DNA of 64,000 nucleotides from Microcoleus sp. (GCA_052279835.1 CP181291.1:1664001-1728000); one strand, 5' to 3'. Counted from the first letter of the stretch, positions 10,377 to 22,042 are shown. The notes: a model not told the origin generated them from the sequence alone. Made by a program: numbers and translations.

Positions 10377-10404
10377 TATACGCTGAATTTTTAATTTTGG
10401 ATCT
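10377..10404 (-). promoter_or_regulatory. candidate ECF promoter P2, GATCC-N16-CGTA
   Basis: Minus strand AGATCCAAAATTAAAAATTCAGCGTATA, same boxes and spacing as P1. Confidence 0.6.
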
Positions 10405-10439
10405 GTGCAGTCAAAACACATTTTTTTCGGTACACTGAA

Positions 10440-11006
10440 ATGACAGCTCAAAAGTCAGGGGATGAATCGCTACTATTAGTGCAGATTGCCCAGAAAGACC
10501 AAACAGCCTTAGCTAAACTGTACGATCGCTATGGTCGCGCTAGTTATGCTCTCGCTTACAAAATTCTGGGTTCGGTAGAAGAAGCTGAAGAAGTTGTACT
10601 AGATGTTTTTTCTCAGATTTGGCAAAAAGCATCAAGTTATGATGTTTCCCGCAGTCGAGTTGATACTTGGTTGTTTCTGCTGACGCGCAGTCGTTCCCTG
10701 GATAGACTTCGAGTTTTGCAGCGCAATTTTCGGACGGTTGTTGCTTCTTTGGAAAATGCGAAAGTCCCTATTTCTGCTATGGCAGAACCGATGGCAGATG
10801 CCATACTAGAAGAACGGAGCGAACAGGTTAAAGCAGCGCTGGAAGCATTGCCGCCAGAACAACGAGAGGCGATTGAATTAGCCTATTATCAAGGATTGAC
10901 TTGTGCTGCGATCGCTACTAAGACAGGCATTCCTGTGGGTACTATCAAAACCCGAATTCGGTTAGGTATTTCTAAATTGCGTCAAGCTTTGAGCGAAATA
11001 GTTTAA
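10440..11006 (+). CDS. ECF sigma-70 factor (SigK-like)
   Basis: Sigma region 2 (LYDRY..AEEVVLDVF..W) and region 4 (LPPEQREAIELAYYQGLT..IPVGTIKTRIRLG). Confidence 0.92.
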   Translation: MTAQKSGDESLLLVQIAQKDQTALAKLYDRYGRASYALAYKILGSVEEAEEVVLDVFSQIWQKASSYDVSRSRVDTWLFLLTRSRSLDRLRVLQRNFRTVVASLENAKVPISAMAEPMADAILEERSEQVKAALEALPPEQREAIELAYYQGLTCAAIATKTGIPVGTIKTRIRLGISKLRQALSEIV

Positions 11007-11009
11007 ATT

Positions 11010-11627
11010 ATGGAAATCATAGAGTATGAGGAATTTAATATCCTTGCAGCGCTTCGAGCTCTCGATACTATGGACGAGTCAGAAAGTCGCGCCCTTAAAG
11101 AGAAATTGCAAGAGTCTCCACAACTGGAAACTGAATTAGATGCTGTTGAGGCTGCGGTTGCTGCGATCGCCTACACAGCCCCTCCCGTACCTGTCTCCCC
11201 CAACCTCAAACACCGTTTGTTCCAGCGCATCGCCGAACTTGCGCCAACTCCCACGGAGGAAGTTAATTCACAGCCAGTTATTCCGGCTAGTGAAAACAAT
11301 ACTCCTTCTCTAATTGTGCGTTCCCAGCATCGGAAATGGAGAAAATATATAGTTTCAGGTATTTCGTTTGCTAACCTTTATCTAGATAAAGAAAAGCGCG
11401 AATTTACCTGTTTGATGCGGTTAGAACCGGGAATCAAGTTTCCGCTACATAGACACAGCGGAGTAGAAGAAGTGTTTATGTTAGAAGGAGATTTAGAGGT
11501 GGAGGGAGAAGTTTGTTATCAAGGGGATTACATTCGCTCCTTACCGAATTCTATTCATGCACCTGTCACTCGTGGCGGATGTTTATTGTTAGTGAAATCA
11601 TCCATAGACAACGAAATGTTGAGTTGA
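11010..11627 (+). CDS. anti-sigma factor with ChrR-like cupin domain
   Basis: Directly follows the ECF gene; N-terminal anti-sigma-like helices with PPVPVSPNLKHRL; cupin HRHSGVEE...SIHAP; no TM. Confidence 0.85.
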   Translation: MEIIEYEEFNILAALRALDTMDESESRALKEKLQESPQLETELDAVEAAVAAIAYTAPPVPVSPNLKHRLFQRIAELAPTPTEEVNSQPVIPASENNTPSLIVRSQHRKWRKYIVSGISFANLYLDKEKREFTCLMRLEPGIKFPLHRHSGVEEVFMLEGDLEVEGEVCYQGDYIRSLPNSIHAPVTRGGCLLLVKSSIDNEMLS

Positions 11628-11687
11628 CCTTTGAAAACTAACAAATAACAAATTAACAATTAACAACTAACCAAGGAGTTCTGTATC

Positions 11688-12164
11688 ATGCTAAATAGCT
11701 TGCGTTTAAGTGCGATGATAGCTGTGATGTTGCTTCCCGTCCTAGTCAGCAACACCAAAAGTGCGATCGCCCAAGAACGGGAAGGATGTTTTATCGTCAA
11801 CTCAGCGGGAGAAGTGATTAATTTAAATCAGTTGTGTTCTAATCAGGAACCAACAGTTAAAATTACTGGAAATGATGGGAAATTTATTGAAGACTACAAA
11901 CGTTTAGCTAAAAGCTACTCCACAGCGACAACGGATAGCTTATTGCAAGCAATTCAAAGCCGCCCTAGTCAAAAAATTGCAGCAGCTAAAAAAATGTGTG
12001 CGGAGGCAAAATCGGGAGTTTCTCTGCCGGAATTAAAATTAAGAGCGATCGGGGAAGCCGCGAGTATGGAAAATCCCATTGCTAAAGAAAGTTTTCTGGC
12101 GGATACTGATATTACCGTGACTCTGGCGTCTAATCACTACTGCCCGGAATTGGCCATTAGGTAA
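11688..12164 (+). CDS. hypothetical secreted protein
   Basis: AAGGAG RBS; signal peptide; GCFIVNSAGEVINLNQLC motif typical of cyanobacterial exported proteins. Confidence 0.7.
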   Translation: MLNSLRLSAMIAVMLLPVLVSNTKSAIAQEREGCFIVNSAGEVINLNQLCSNQEPTVKITGNDGKFIEDYKRLAKSYSTATTDSLLQAIQSRPSQKIAAAKKMCAEAKSGVSLPELKLRAIGEAASMENPIAKESFLADTDITVTLASNHYCPELAIR

Positions 12165-12191
12165 TCAGTCAGGACAGGGCAGTGCCCTGTC

Positions 12192-12297
12192 ATATCAAAT
12201 CCGTTGGTATCGTCCTGTATTCATCTCTCTCTTCTCCTCCTCTGTGCCCTCTGCGCCAAGAGCGGTTAAATCATTCCGATGCAACCGTAAACGATAT
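12192..12297. mobile_element. ~105-bp MITE-like element; inverted copies at 25749-25853 and 38594-38694
   Basis: Imperfect terminal inverted repeats ATATCAA(A/T)TCCG...CGGA(T/A)TTGATAT and a shared GA-rich core. Confidence 0.6.
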
Positions 12298-12330
12298 CAC
12301 AGTTTGCAAAAATTAATGGTTATGGCAATT

Positions 12331-12367
12331 AAAAAGCGATCGCCTTTTGAGTAAAAAAGCGATCGCC
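12331..12367 (-). terminator. probable intrinsic terminator of rplY built from two HIP1 sites
   Basis: Minus strand GGCGATCGCTTTTT-loop-AAAAGGCGATCGC followed by TTTTT. Confidence 0.55.
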
Positions 12368-12408
12368 ATCGGTTTAATAATTAGTTAGCAACTATGACTA
12401 ATTACTAA

Positions 12409-13008
12409 TTAAGCTGCTGGTGTTGCTGCTTCTGAGTCATCTTCAGAACCGGCTTGAGTACCAAGTACGCTGACAACCACCTGATTTGGTTCACCAATAG
12501 CTACTACTCCTGCGGGTAACACGAGTTCGTGAATGTGCAGTGCATCCCCTACATTTAAATTAGAAATATCTACTTCAATGGCATCAGGAATGCTGTCAGG
12601 TTTACACTTAACTGCTAGTTGGGTCATCACGGTATCCAAGATGCCGCCTCCCAACTTGACACCGACAGATTCGCCGACAAAATGCAAGGACAATTCAACT
12701 TCGAGGCTGTCTTGACTTCCTACCGCAAAAAAGCTGAGATGATAGGGAAAACCTTTCCAAGGATGGCGCTGCACTTCCCGCAATAAAGTTTTTCCTTTCC
12801 AAGAAATTTCTGGAATATTCAGGTCAATTAAGACGTTGTTGACAACGCGCTGTTTGAGGAGAGTTTCAACGGCTTTGGCAGGGATAGTAAGAGCAAGGGA
12901 TTCAGATCCTTGATGACCGTAAAGTACGGCGGGAATCAATCCTGAGCGACGGAGGGCATTGGGTTTGCTGCCTTCAGCTCGCTTTTGACATTCAACTGCG
13001 ATTTCCAT
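12409..13008 (-). CDS. rplY: 50S ribosomal protein L25 / general stress protein Ctc
   Basis: [39 protein letters not shown] motifs. Confidence 0.95.
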   Translation of the reverse strand: MEIAVECQKRAEGSKPNALRRSGLIPAVLYGHQGSESLALTIPAKAVETLLKQRVVNNVLIDLNIPEISWKGKTLLREVQRHPWKGFPYHLSFFAVGSQDSLEVELSLHFVGESVGVKLGGGILDTVMTQLAVKCKPDSIPDAIEVDISNLNVGDALHIHELVLPAGVVAIGEPNQVVVSVLGTQAGSEDDSEAATPAA

Positions 13009-13170
13009 GTTCTGACTTTTGGCTTATTGTTTTCACATTTTACCAAATTTGTGGTAGTGCGATCGCACTTAATTAAATTCACTAACCGAAAGTTTATCGG
13101 CACTGACAAATCCAATAATACCAATTTAAATAGTAAGTATTATTGGAGATGTCTATGACAACTAAACGTA

Positions 13171-14550
<1,380 letters not shown>

Positions 14551-14771
14551 TTATCTACGGATATGTGTCAAATGTCAATCAATTTTTAATTTTTGATTTT
14601 GGATAGATTGGACCACCCCCCCTGCCCCCCCAAGGGGGATTGGGAATTGGGTATTGGGGGATGGGGCATTGGGGCAACCCCCCCTGCCCCCCCAAGGGGG
14701 GATGGGAACTCACTCACAAGGACTGACTAATTAATTTTTGTTACAATCAAGAAAATTGAGGCTGTTTTGCC

Positions 14772-15809
14772 ATGAGTTTACACGCTGAGTTGCACCGCCA
14801 TCTGGGTGGTTCTGTGGTTCCTAGGGTGCTGTGGCGGTATTTCGATCGCCACAATGCTGAAATGGTCGATCGATTTCAAGAATACTCGGAGTTTGAGGAG
14901 TTTTACACACGTCGGCGCAATACTCTGGATGAGTATTTGGAACTGCACACGCTGGTAGAAAGCGTTCAAACTGTTGAGACTCTGCCTTATTTCATCTATC
15001 GGTTGATGCGGGGCGCTTACGTGTTTGAAAATCTGGCTTATTTGGAGTTGCGTTATACACCTTATCTGCGAACTCCAGAACATTTGTCGCAGTCAGAACG
15101 AATTGATTTGATGGCAGAAATTGTCCGAGTTGTGGGTAAGGCCAGTCAAATTAGCGATTGTCCAATTGTCACCAGCCAAATTTTGTGTATGCACTCGCGT
15201 TTACCCTATGAAGTGAATCGGGCGATCGTCGATTTGGCTGCACAGATGGGAGAATATGTTTGTGCGATCGATTTTGCTGGGGGCGATGCTTGCATTAGCG
15301 AGCGTTTAGACGAATTTGTCGTATTATATCAGTACGCAAGGTCGATCGGCCTCAAAACAACCGGCCACCTCTACGAAACAACCTCTGGCTGTTATCCCGA
15401 ATTACTGCCCTATCTGATGCGAATCGGCCACGGAATTCAAATTCCATTAAAATATCCCGAACTGTTGCCAGAAGTAGCACGTAGGGGTCAATGCTTGGAA
15501 GTTTGCCCGACTACCTATCTGAAAACTGGAACCTTGCAAGATATGCGGGAATTGAAGGTAGTATTCGATCGCTGTTTTGAAGCCGGTGTCGATATTGCGA
15601 TTTGCACGGACAACGCGGGATTGCACAACGTGCGGCTGCCCTTTGAATACGAAAATTTATTGACTCTGGATATCATTGATTTTCGGCAATTGCAAGCCTG
15701 TCAAAATGCTGCTTTTCGCCATGCTTTCGCGTGGCCCTATGGGGAGCAACCGGCCAAAATCCTGACTGGTTTGTTGCAGCATGAGTCGGTTGGTGCGATC
15801 GTTAATTAG
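14772..15809 (+). CDS. adenosine deaminase family amidohydrolase
   Basis: AELHRHLGG, YLELRYTP, RIGHG, EVCPT, ICTDN motifs. Confidence 0.88.
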   Translation: MSLHAELHRHLGGSVVPRVLWRYFDRHNAEMVDRFQEYSEFEEFYTRRRNTLDEYLELHTLVESVQTVETLPYFIYRLMRGAYVFENLAYLELRYTPYLRTPEHLSQSERIDLMAEIVRVVGKASQISDCPIVTSQILCMHSRLPYEVNRAIVDLAAQMGEYVCAIDFAGGDACISERLDEFVVLYQYARSIGLKTTGHLYETTSGCYPELLPYLMRIGHGIQIPLKYPELLPEVARRGQCLEVCPTTYLKTGTLQDMRELKVVFDRCFEAGVDIAICTDNAGLHNVRLPFEYENLLTLDIIDFRQLQACQNAAFRHAFAWPYGEQPAKILTGLLQHESVGAIVN

Positions 15810-15816
15810 CTGGTTT

Positions 15817-16468
15817 TTACCTGGTTCCTAGGCTCTGCCTGGGAACCCATATCACTCTTGCTCTGCCTCGTCATATACCGACTAAAATTGGGAGGCAGAG
15901 CCTCCGGATCTGCGTTACTAGGCAGAGCCTAGTAACGAGTAGAAGAGGAAGATATAGCGATCCTAGAAATAACAAAAAGCTCTTTCTTTTCTTCCTTCGC
16001 GCTCTTTGCGTCTTCGTGGTTCGTTCAAATATGTTATTTTAGAAAATAAAAGCATAAAAAAACAATGACAAATATGGACGCTTATTGGATGCCCTTCACC
16101 GCAAACCTACAGTTTAAAGCGAGTCCGCGAATGTTGGTTACCTGGTTACCTGGTTCCTAGGCTCTGCCTGGGAACCCATATCACTCTTGCTCTGCCTCGT
16201 CGTATACCGACTAAAATTGGGAGGCAGAGCCTCCGGATCTGCGTTACTAGGCAGAGCCTAGTAACGAGTAGAAGAGGAAGATATAGCAATCCTAGAAATA
16301 AGAAAAAGCTCTTTCTTTTCTTCCTTCGCGCTCTTTGCGTCTTCGTGGTTCGTTCAAATATGTTATTTTAGAAAATAAAAGCATAAAAAAACAATGACAA
16401 ATATGGACGCTTATTGGATGCCCTTCACCGCAAACCGACAGTTTAAAGCGAGTCCGCGAATGTTGGTT
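15817..16468. repeat. 329-bp-period tandem duplication (15817-16139 / 16146-16468)
   Basis: Both copies hold the REP element, upstream region and first ~25 codons of the aminotransferase; 4 substitutions seen. Confidence 0.95.
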
Positions 16469-17698
16469 TCGGCAAAAGATATGCACTTTACTAGCGATGA
16501 TAATCGCTCAATTCTCGATGGTACTGCGGGGCTTTGGTGCGTGAATGCCGGACACGGGCGGGAGACAATTGCCGAAGCGGTTAAACAGCAGGTTTTAAAC
16601 TTGGATTACGCGCCTCCTTTTCAAATGGGACATCCGGCTGCTTTTGAATTAGCAGAACGTTTGGTAAAAATGATACCCGGCAATTTCGATCGCGTTTTTT
16701 TTACTAATTCTGGTTCGGAATCGGTGGATACTGCCTTAAAAATTGCGATCGCCTATCATCGAGTTAGAGGCGAAGGAACACGCCAAAGATTGATTGGTAG
16801 GGAACGGGGTTATCACGGTGTTGGTTTTGGGGGAATTTCTGTCGGTGGGATTGGTCCAAATCGCAAGTTTTTCGGCAGTTTGCTGACTGGAGTAGATCAT
16901 TTACCTCACACTCATAACCTCGAACACAATGCTTTCAGCCGCAAACAGCCGGAATGGGGGGCGCATTTGGCGGATGAATTGGAACGGATTGTGGCTTTGC
17001 ATGATGCGTCGAATATTGCGGCGGTAATTGTGGAACCTGTGGCGGGTTCTACGGGAGTTTTGATTCCGCCCAAAGGTTATTTGGAAAGGCTTCGGGCGAT
17101 TTGCGACAAGTACGGAATTCTGCTGATTTTTGATGAAGTAATTACAGGTTTTGGGCGTTTAGGTTCGAGTTTTGCCACTGAATATTTTGGGGTAATTCCT
17201 GATATCGTGACGGTGGCAAAAGGGATAACTAACGGTACTGTACCCATGGGGGCGGTATTTGTTAAGGAAGGTATTTATGATGCTTTTATGAATGCTCCTG
17301 AAAATACCATAGAGCTGTTTCATGGCTATACTTATTCTGGGCATCCACTGGCTTGTGCTGCTGCTTTGGCGACGCTGGATATTTACGAAGAAGAAAAATT
17401 GTTCGATCGGGCTGATAAAATATCCGATTATTGGGAAAATGCTGTGCATTCTTTGAAAGGAGTGCGGCACGTTATTGATGTTCGCAATTTGGGACTTGTG
17501 GCGGGGATTGAGTTGGAATCTATGGCTGGGAAGCCCGGTAAACGGGCTTTTGATTGTTTTTTAAAGTGCTACGAAAATGGGTTGTTGATTCGCACCACTG
17601 GGGATATAATTGCTTTGTCGCCGTCGTTGATTATTGAGAAAGAACATATCGATCGCCTTGTGGAAATTTTGACGGCGGTTTTGCAGGGGATGGAATGA
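16394..17698 (+). CDS. class III PLP aminotransferase (omega-amino acid/beta-alanine:pyruvate type)
   Basis: YWMPFTANRQFK, DGTAGLWC, NSGSESVDTALK, FDEVITGFGR, AKG, HGYTYSGHP. Confidence 0.92.
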   Translation: MTNMDAYWMPFTANRQFKASPRMLVSAKDMHFTSDDNRSILDGTAGLWCVNAGHGRETIAEAVKQQVLNLDYAPPFQMGHPAAFELAERLVKMIPGNFDRVFFTNSGSESVDTALKIAIAYHRVRGEGTRQRLIGRERGYHGVGFGGISVGGIGPNRKFFGSLLTGVDHLPHTHNLEHNAFSRKQPEWGAHLADELERIVALHDASNIAAVIVEPVAGSTGVLIPPKGYLERLRAICDKYGILLIFDEVITGFGRLGSSFATEYFGVIPDIVTVAKGITNGTVPMGAVFVKEGIYDAFMNAPENTIELFHGYTYSGHPLACAAALATLDIYEEEKLFDRADKISDYWENAVHSLKGVRHVIDVRNLGLVAGIELESMAGKPGKRAFDCFLKCYENGLLIRTTGDIIALSPSLIIEKEHIDRLVEILTAVLQGME

Positions 17699-17901
17699 AT
17701 CCCCGCCACCAAAATCCCCACGCTAACCACAAGTGGGCCTGGACAAATAATCCCTAGGACTTCATTAACAAGTTTAGTATCAACTGCTACATTTTGCCCA
17801 AAGCTCCGAGAGACCTAAGAAATCTACTGGTTCCCAGGCTCTTCCTGGGAACCAGGAACCTGGTAAAATGATATTGGAATAGTTTCCGTCAAATTACAAT
17901 C

Positions 17902-18405
17902 ATGACTACCAGCGAACCCAACCTAGAAACAGTTTCTCCAGAAAGCATTTTAAGTGAAAGCGCGATCGCCGATGCGCAAGTCGAAAAAGCCACAGCCGTC
18001 ACCTATGCAGAAGAAATTGAAACTGTCATCGCCAGCATGGCTGTAGATCAAAAAGTGATGGTAGGTCAAAATGAGGCGGGCGGACATCTTTGGAAGTTTA
18101 AGTACGGTAGTGTCGAAGTGTTGGTGCAACTCACTGGCGAAACGGAAGATGATACTTTGACTGTTTGGGCTTTTGTGCTTCAGTTGCCGGCGAAGAATGA
18201 AGCTGAATTAATGCGCAAACTCCTACAAATGAATTGGCTGTCTACTTTGGAATCTCATTTTGCGATCGTGGATAATCAAGTTGCGGTAATTTCGACTCGG
18301 GCGATGGCGGAAATCTCGACTGGGGAAATTTCTCGCGCTATTACGATTGTCGCGACGATTGCTGATGATAATGACGATATCTTACAAGCTGAATACGGTC
18401 AGTAG
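17902..18405 (+). CDS. YbjN/CesT-like domain protein
   Basis: WKFKYGSVEV, LMRKLLQMNW, TIADDND pattern of cyanobacterial YbjN-domain proteins. Confidence 0.75.
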   Translation: MTTSEPNLETVSPESILSESAIADAQVEKATAVTYAEEIETVIASMAVDQKVMVGQNEAGGHLWKFKYGSVEVLVQLTGETEDDTLTVWAFVLQLPAKNEAELMRKLLQMNWLSTLESHFAIVDNQVAVISTRAMAEISTGEISRAITIVATIADDNDDILQAEYGQ

Positions 18406-18446
18406 GCAGTAAGTGGTTGGTAGTAGTTATTCCAGCAGACAATGAT

Positions 18447-18662
18447 TCACCAGATTTTTGCCATCCGCAAGACAAATCCTGGTAACTCTGGCTCGCCGCT
18501 CACTGTTTCGGGATTATCCAAGATTTCCGGTTCTAGTTCGGGGCGGTAGATGTAGACTTTTCGGTTTTTGCGATCGATCAACAAGCCGAGTGATGCACCG
18601 TTGTCAATATATTCTTGCATCTTGTTTTGCAATCCCCTGAGAGTATCGCTTTTAAAGACCAT
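18447..18662 (-). pseudogene. C-terminal fragment of a Uma2 (DUF820) family endonuclease
   Basis: SDTLRGLQNKMQEYIDNGASLGLLID...VSGEPELPGFVL..IW; N-terminal part absent. Confidence 0.8.
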
Positions 18663-18792
18663 CGATGGGACACGATCGCACTTGTGAACGTTTAGTTAAG
18701 AATTTTGAGTTATTTCAGAAGTAAAATAGTTAGAAAATATTGATTATTCCTAATTTTTTGACATTCACAACTTAAAACTCAAAACTCAAAAC

Positions 18793-19263
18793 TTAATAAG
18801 CAGGCCCGGCCAACCACGAAATAGTTATTCCCAGCCCCAAACCGACAAAAACTTGAAAAGGAGTGTGTCCTAGCAACTCCTTGAGACGAGCCTCATTCAA
18901 GTTGTGGTGTTCTTCAAAAAATTCATCAATAATTTGGTTGAGGATTCGAGCTTGTTTGCCGGCAGCTTGGCGGACTCCAGCAGCATCGTACATGACAATT
19001 ATCGCAAAAATTGTGGCGATCGCAAACTCTGGACTCTCCCAGCCCAAGGTTTGTCCCACCCCAGCAGCCAAAGCACCTACAAAAGACGAATGAGAGCTAG
19101 GCATTCCTCCGGTTGTTACTAAATACTGAAGATTAAACTTCCGATTTTTGATTAATTCGATCGGCAATTTCAATACTTGAGCAGCCAGACAAGCGATTAG
19201 AGAAACCACGAGTACATGATTGTTTAAGATGCCGCTGCAAATTTCCTGCATAGTGTTTGGCAT
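18793..19263 (-). CDS. divergent PAP2 family protein (DUF212)
   Basis: GGMPSSHS, VMYDAAGVR, LKELLGHTP. Confidence 0.92.
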   Translation of the reverse strand: MPNTMQEICSGILNNHVLVVSLIACLAAQVLKLPIELIKNRKFNLQYLVTTGGMPSSHSSFVGALAAGVGQTLGWESPEFAIATIFAIIVMYDAAGVRQAAGKQARILNQIIDEFFEEHHNLNEARLKELLGHTPFQVFVGLGLGITISWLAGPAY

Positions 19264-19265
19264 TT

Positions 19266-20192
19266 CTAGTTACTGCGACTGGTAATATAATCTGCGATCG
19301 CCAACAGCGGTTGAGCTTTATTCCCAAACACTGCCAATTGAGCCTGAGCATCAACAATCAATTGTGAAGCTTGACGCCTAGACTCCTCAATTCCCCACAA
19401 ACTAGGATAAGTCACCTTTCCAGCTTGAACATCTTTGCCTGCGGTTTTGCCAAGTTCTTCAGCAGTAGCAGTAATATCGAGAATGTCATCAATAATCTGG
19501 AAAGCCAGCCCAATATTTTTAGCAAAACGAGAAAGCCGCTGCAAATCCGCAGCCGAAGCCCCAGCCAGAATTGCCCCACAAACTACGCAGGCTTCTAACA
19601 GCGCGCCGGTTTTGTGAGCGTGAATGTAGTTCAAAGTTTCTAGAGAAACATCTTTCAATCCTTCCGATTCCAGGTCAACCACCTGACCGCCGACAAGTCC
19701 AGGAGCGCCAGATGCCCGCGCTAAATGGGCGATCGTCTGCAATACCAGATGGGGGGGTACGTTCTCAGTTTTAGTAGCGATAAATTCAAAAGCATAGGTC
19801 AACAAGCCATCGCCAGCCAAAATGGCGATATCTTCGCCGTAGACTTTGTGGTTAGTCAGTTTGCCACGCCGATAGTCGTCATTGTCCATTGCCGGCAAAT
19901 CGTCGTGGATCAGCGACATGGTGTGGATCATTTCCAAAGCGCAAGCTGTGGGCATTGCCATTTGGGAAGTGCCACCGGCGAGTTCGCAGCCAGCCAGACA
20001 CAGGATTGGACGCAGCCGTTTGCCGCCTGCTAGCAGGGAGTAGCGCATGGCTTCGTAAATTTTCTCTGGGTAGATGACCGGCAGCGCACTGTCGAGAGCT
20101 ACCTCGATCGCCTTTTTTTGCTCGACTAGGTAAGTAGATAAGTCGAAAGCGGATTCCGGTTGGGACGAATCCATTTCTGTTGCCAATACCAT
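19266..20192 (-). CDS. crtE: geranylgeranyl diphosphate synthase (probable start 20192)
   Basis: [30 protein letters not shown]. Confidence 0.95.
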   Translation of the reverse strand: MVLATEMDSSQPESAFDLSTYLVEQKKAIEVALDSALPVIYPEKIYEAMRYSLLAGGKRLRPILCLAGCELAGGTSQMAMPTACALEMIHTMSLIHDDLPAMDNDDYRRGKLTNHKVYGEDIAILAGDGLLTYAFEFIATKTENVPPHLVLQTIAHLARASGAPGLVGGQVVDLESEGLKDVSLETLNYIHAHKTGALLEACVVCGAILAGASAADLQRLSRFAKNIGLAFQIIDDILDITATAEELGKTAGKDVQAGKVTYPSLWGIEESRRQASQLIVDAQAQLAVFGNKAQPLLAIADYITSRSN

Positions 20193-20403
20193 CCCTTGCT
20201 CTCTTGTACTTAATGTGACGAAAGGATACTTTGATTTATGCCGGTCGATGGAACCAACTTGTACAGTGGCGATCGCCCGAAATCTGAATTTCATTTAATC
20301 ATTCTATGGGTGTGATTGCACAGAAACTTATTTTGAGTTTTGAAAACTTTCTCCCACACAACTGAGGCGCGGGTAACACAACAACCGGATTTCCAAATAA
20401 ATG

Positions 20404-21339
20404 TTAAGAGTTTGCCTCCCTCAGCTTGACTCCCAACCCAGTTTCTGTATCAGTTTTTATTCCCAATCCACAGCTTTGTGTGGCGACTTCCAAAAACCGC
20501 AGCAGCACTGGTGTGGGATTGTCGCACCAAATTAGAGCGATCGACACGATCGGGCTTGGTTCTTGTAAATGTTTGTAAACAACACCGCAGCGCTGGAAAT
20601 TTTGCATCGACTCCGGCACAATCGCCACTCCCATGGAGGCAGCGACTAGACTCACAATCGTTTGCATTTGAATCGCTTCTTGAGCGGCGATCGGGCTAAA
20701 GCCTGCTTGTTGACAAAAACTGATGATGCGATCGTACAATCCCGGAGCCAGGGAACGCGGAAACAGGATAAAAGGTTCGGCGGAAAGTTGTCTCAATTCT
20801 ACCTGGGCGCGATCAGCCAATTGATGCGTCTGCGGCAAAGCCACGATTAACGGTTCCCGAAACACAATTTCCGAATTGATCCCATCCTCCACCGGAGGGC
20901 GAATGAAGCCGATGTCTATTTGTCCTTCCCGCAGTCGCTGCAACTGCTCATTTGTCGTCATTTCTCGCAATTCTAGCTTTACCGCTGGATGCAGAGTCCG
21001 AAAAGCCTGCAAAATAGCTGGAACCACATTGTGAGAAGCAGAGCTCACAAAGCCGATCGTCAATTGTCCCAATTCACCCCGATTTGTCTGTTGGCCAAGT
21101 TGAATAGCGCGATCGAGTTGCATCAGAATTTTTTGCGACTCCTCAAAAAAAACCTGTCCCGCTTCCGTTAGCGTTACCGTCCGTTTGGTGCGGCGAAACA
21201 ATTGAAACCCTAACTCAGTTTCTAACTGCTGGATTTGTTGGCTCAGCGGAGGTTGAGCCATATGCAGTTTTTCGGCTGCGCGAGTGAAATTCAATTCTTC
21301 TGCAACCGCAATGAAATAACGCAAATGTCGTAGTTCCAT
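20404..21339 (-). CDS. LysR family transcriptional regulator
   Basis: MELRHLRYFIAVAEELNFTRAAEKL HTH plus substrate-binding domain. Confidence 0.95.
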   Translation of the reverse strand: MELRHLRYFIAVAEELNFTRAAEKLHMAQPPLSQQIQQLETELGFQLFRRTKRTVTLTEAGQVFFEESQKILMQLDRAIQLGQQTNRGELGQLTIGFVSSASHNVVPAILQAFRTLHPAVKLELREMTTNEQLQRLREGQIDIGFIRPPVEDGINSEIVFREPLIVALPQTHQLADRAQVELRQLSAEPFILFPRSLAPGLYDRIISFCQQAGFSPIAAQEAIQMQTIVSLVAASMGVAIVPESMQNFQRCGVVYKHLQEPSPIVSIALIWCDNPTPVLLRFLEVATQSCGLGIKTDTETGLGVKLREANS

Positions 21340-21538
21340 AATTTTCCATTCATTAATATTTTAAAAGTATAAGTTGTTAATTAAACAGATATTGGACATT
21401 TTGATAATTAGCAATTGATAATTGGGGAATAGGTAATGGGGGAATTGGGAATAGGTAATGGGGAATAGGTAATGGGGGAATTGGGAATAGGTAATTGGAA
21501 ATTTAATGATTTAATTGTCAACTTGTGTTATCTAAAAA

Positions 21539-22042
21539 ATGGAGAATTCAGAAATGGCAAACTTAGATATTAAGGTGAGAGAAGCAAAACTTGCTGATTT
21601 AGAATTGATTCTGGCTTTTATTTCGCAAAAATCAGAATTCGATGGAGTTCCACATCTTTTAGAAGCAACAGCAGACAAACTGAAGCAAACAGTATTTGTC
21701 GAGTCTCCGCTCGTGCGAGTATTGTTGGCGGAAGTTGCCGGAACAGCGGTAGGATTTGCGATGTTTTATGCTTCCTATTCAAGTTTATTGGCTCAGCCCT
21801 GTCTGTGGCTGGATGATTTATTTGTACAATCTCATTTTCGAGGTTTAGGAATCGGTACAGCTTTGTTAAAGTCTTTGGCAAAAATTGCTGAATCCACAAA
21901 TTGTGGGCGGATTGAATGGACTGTTAATACTAGGAATTCGCCAGGAATTGCTTTTTATCAAAAGCAGGGGGCGCGCATTTTGGAAAATATTAGGGTTTGC
22001 CGAATTGAGGGGGAGGCAATTTCTATGCTTGCTGGTCAGTAA
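21539..22042 (+). CDS. GNAT N-acetyltransferase (spermidine/diamine acetyltransferase-like)
   Basis: LWLDDLFV..FRGLGIG, RIEWTV..N..IAFYQKQG. Confidence 0.88.
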   Translation: MENSEMANLDIKVREAKLADLELILAFISQKSEFDGVPHLLEATADKLKQTVFVESPLVRVLLAEVAGTAVGFAMFYASYSSLLAQPCLWLDDLFVQSHFRGLGIGTALLKSLAKIAESTNCGRIEWTVNTRNSPGIAFYQKQGARILENIRVCRIEGEAISMLAGQ

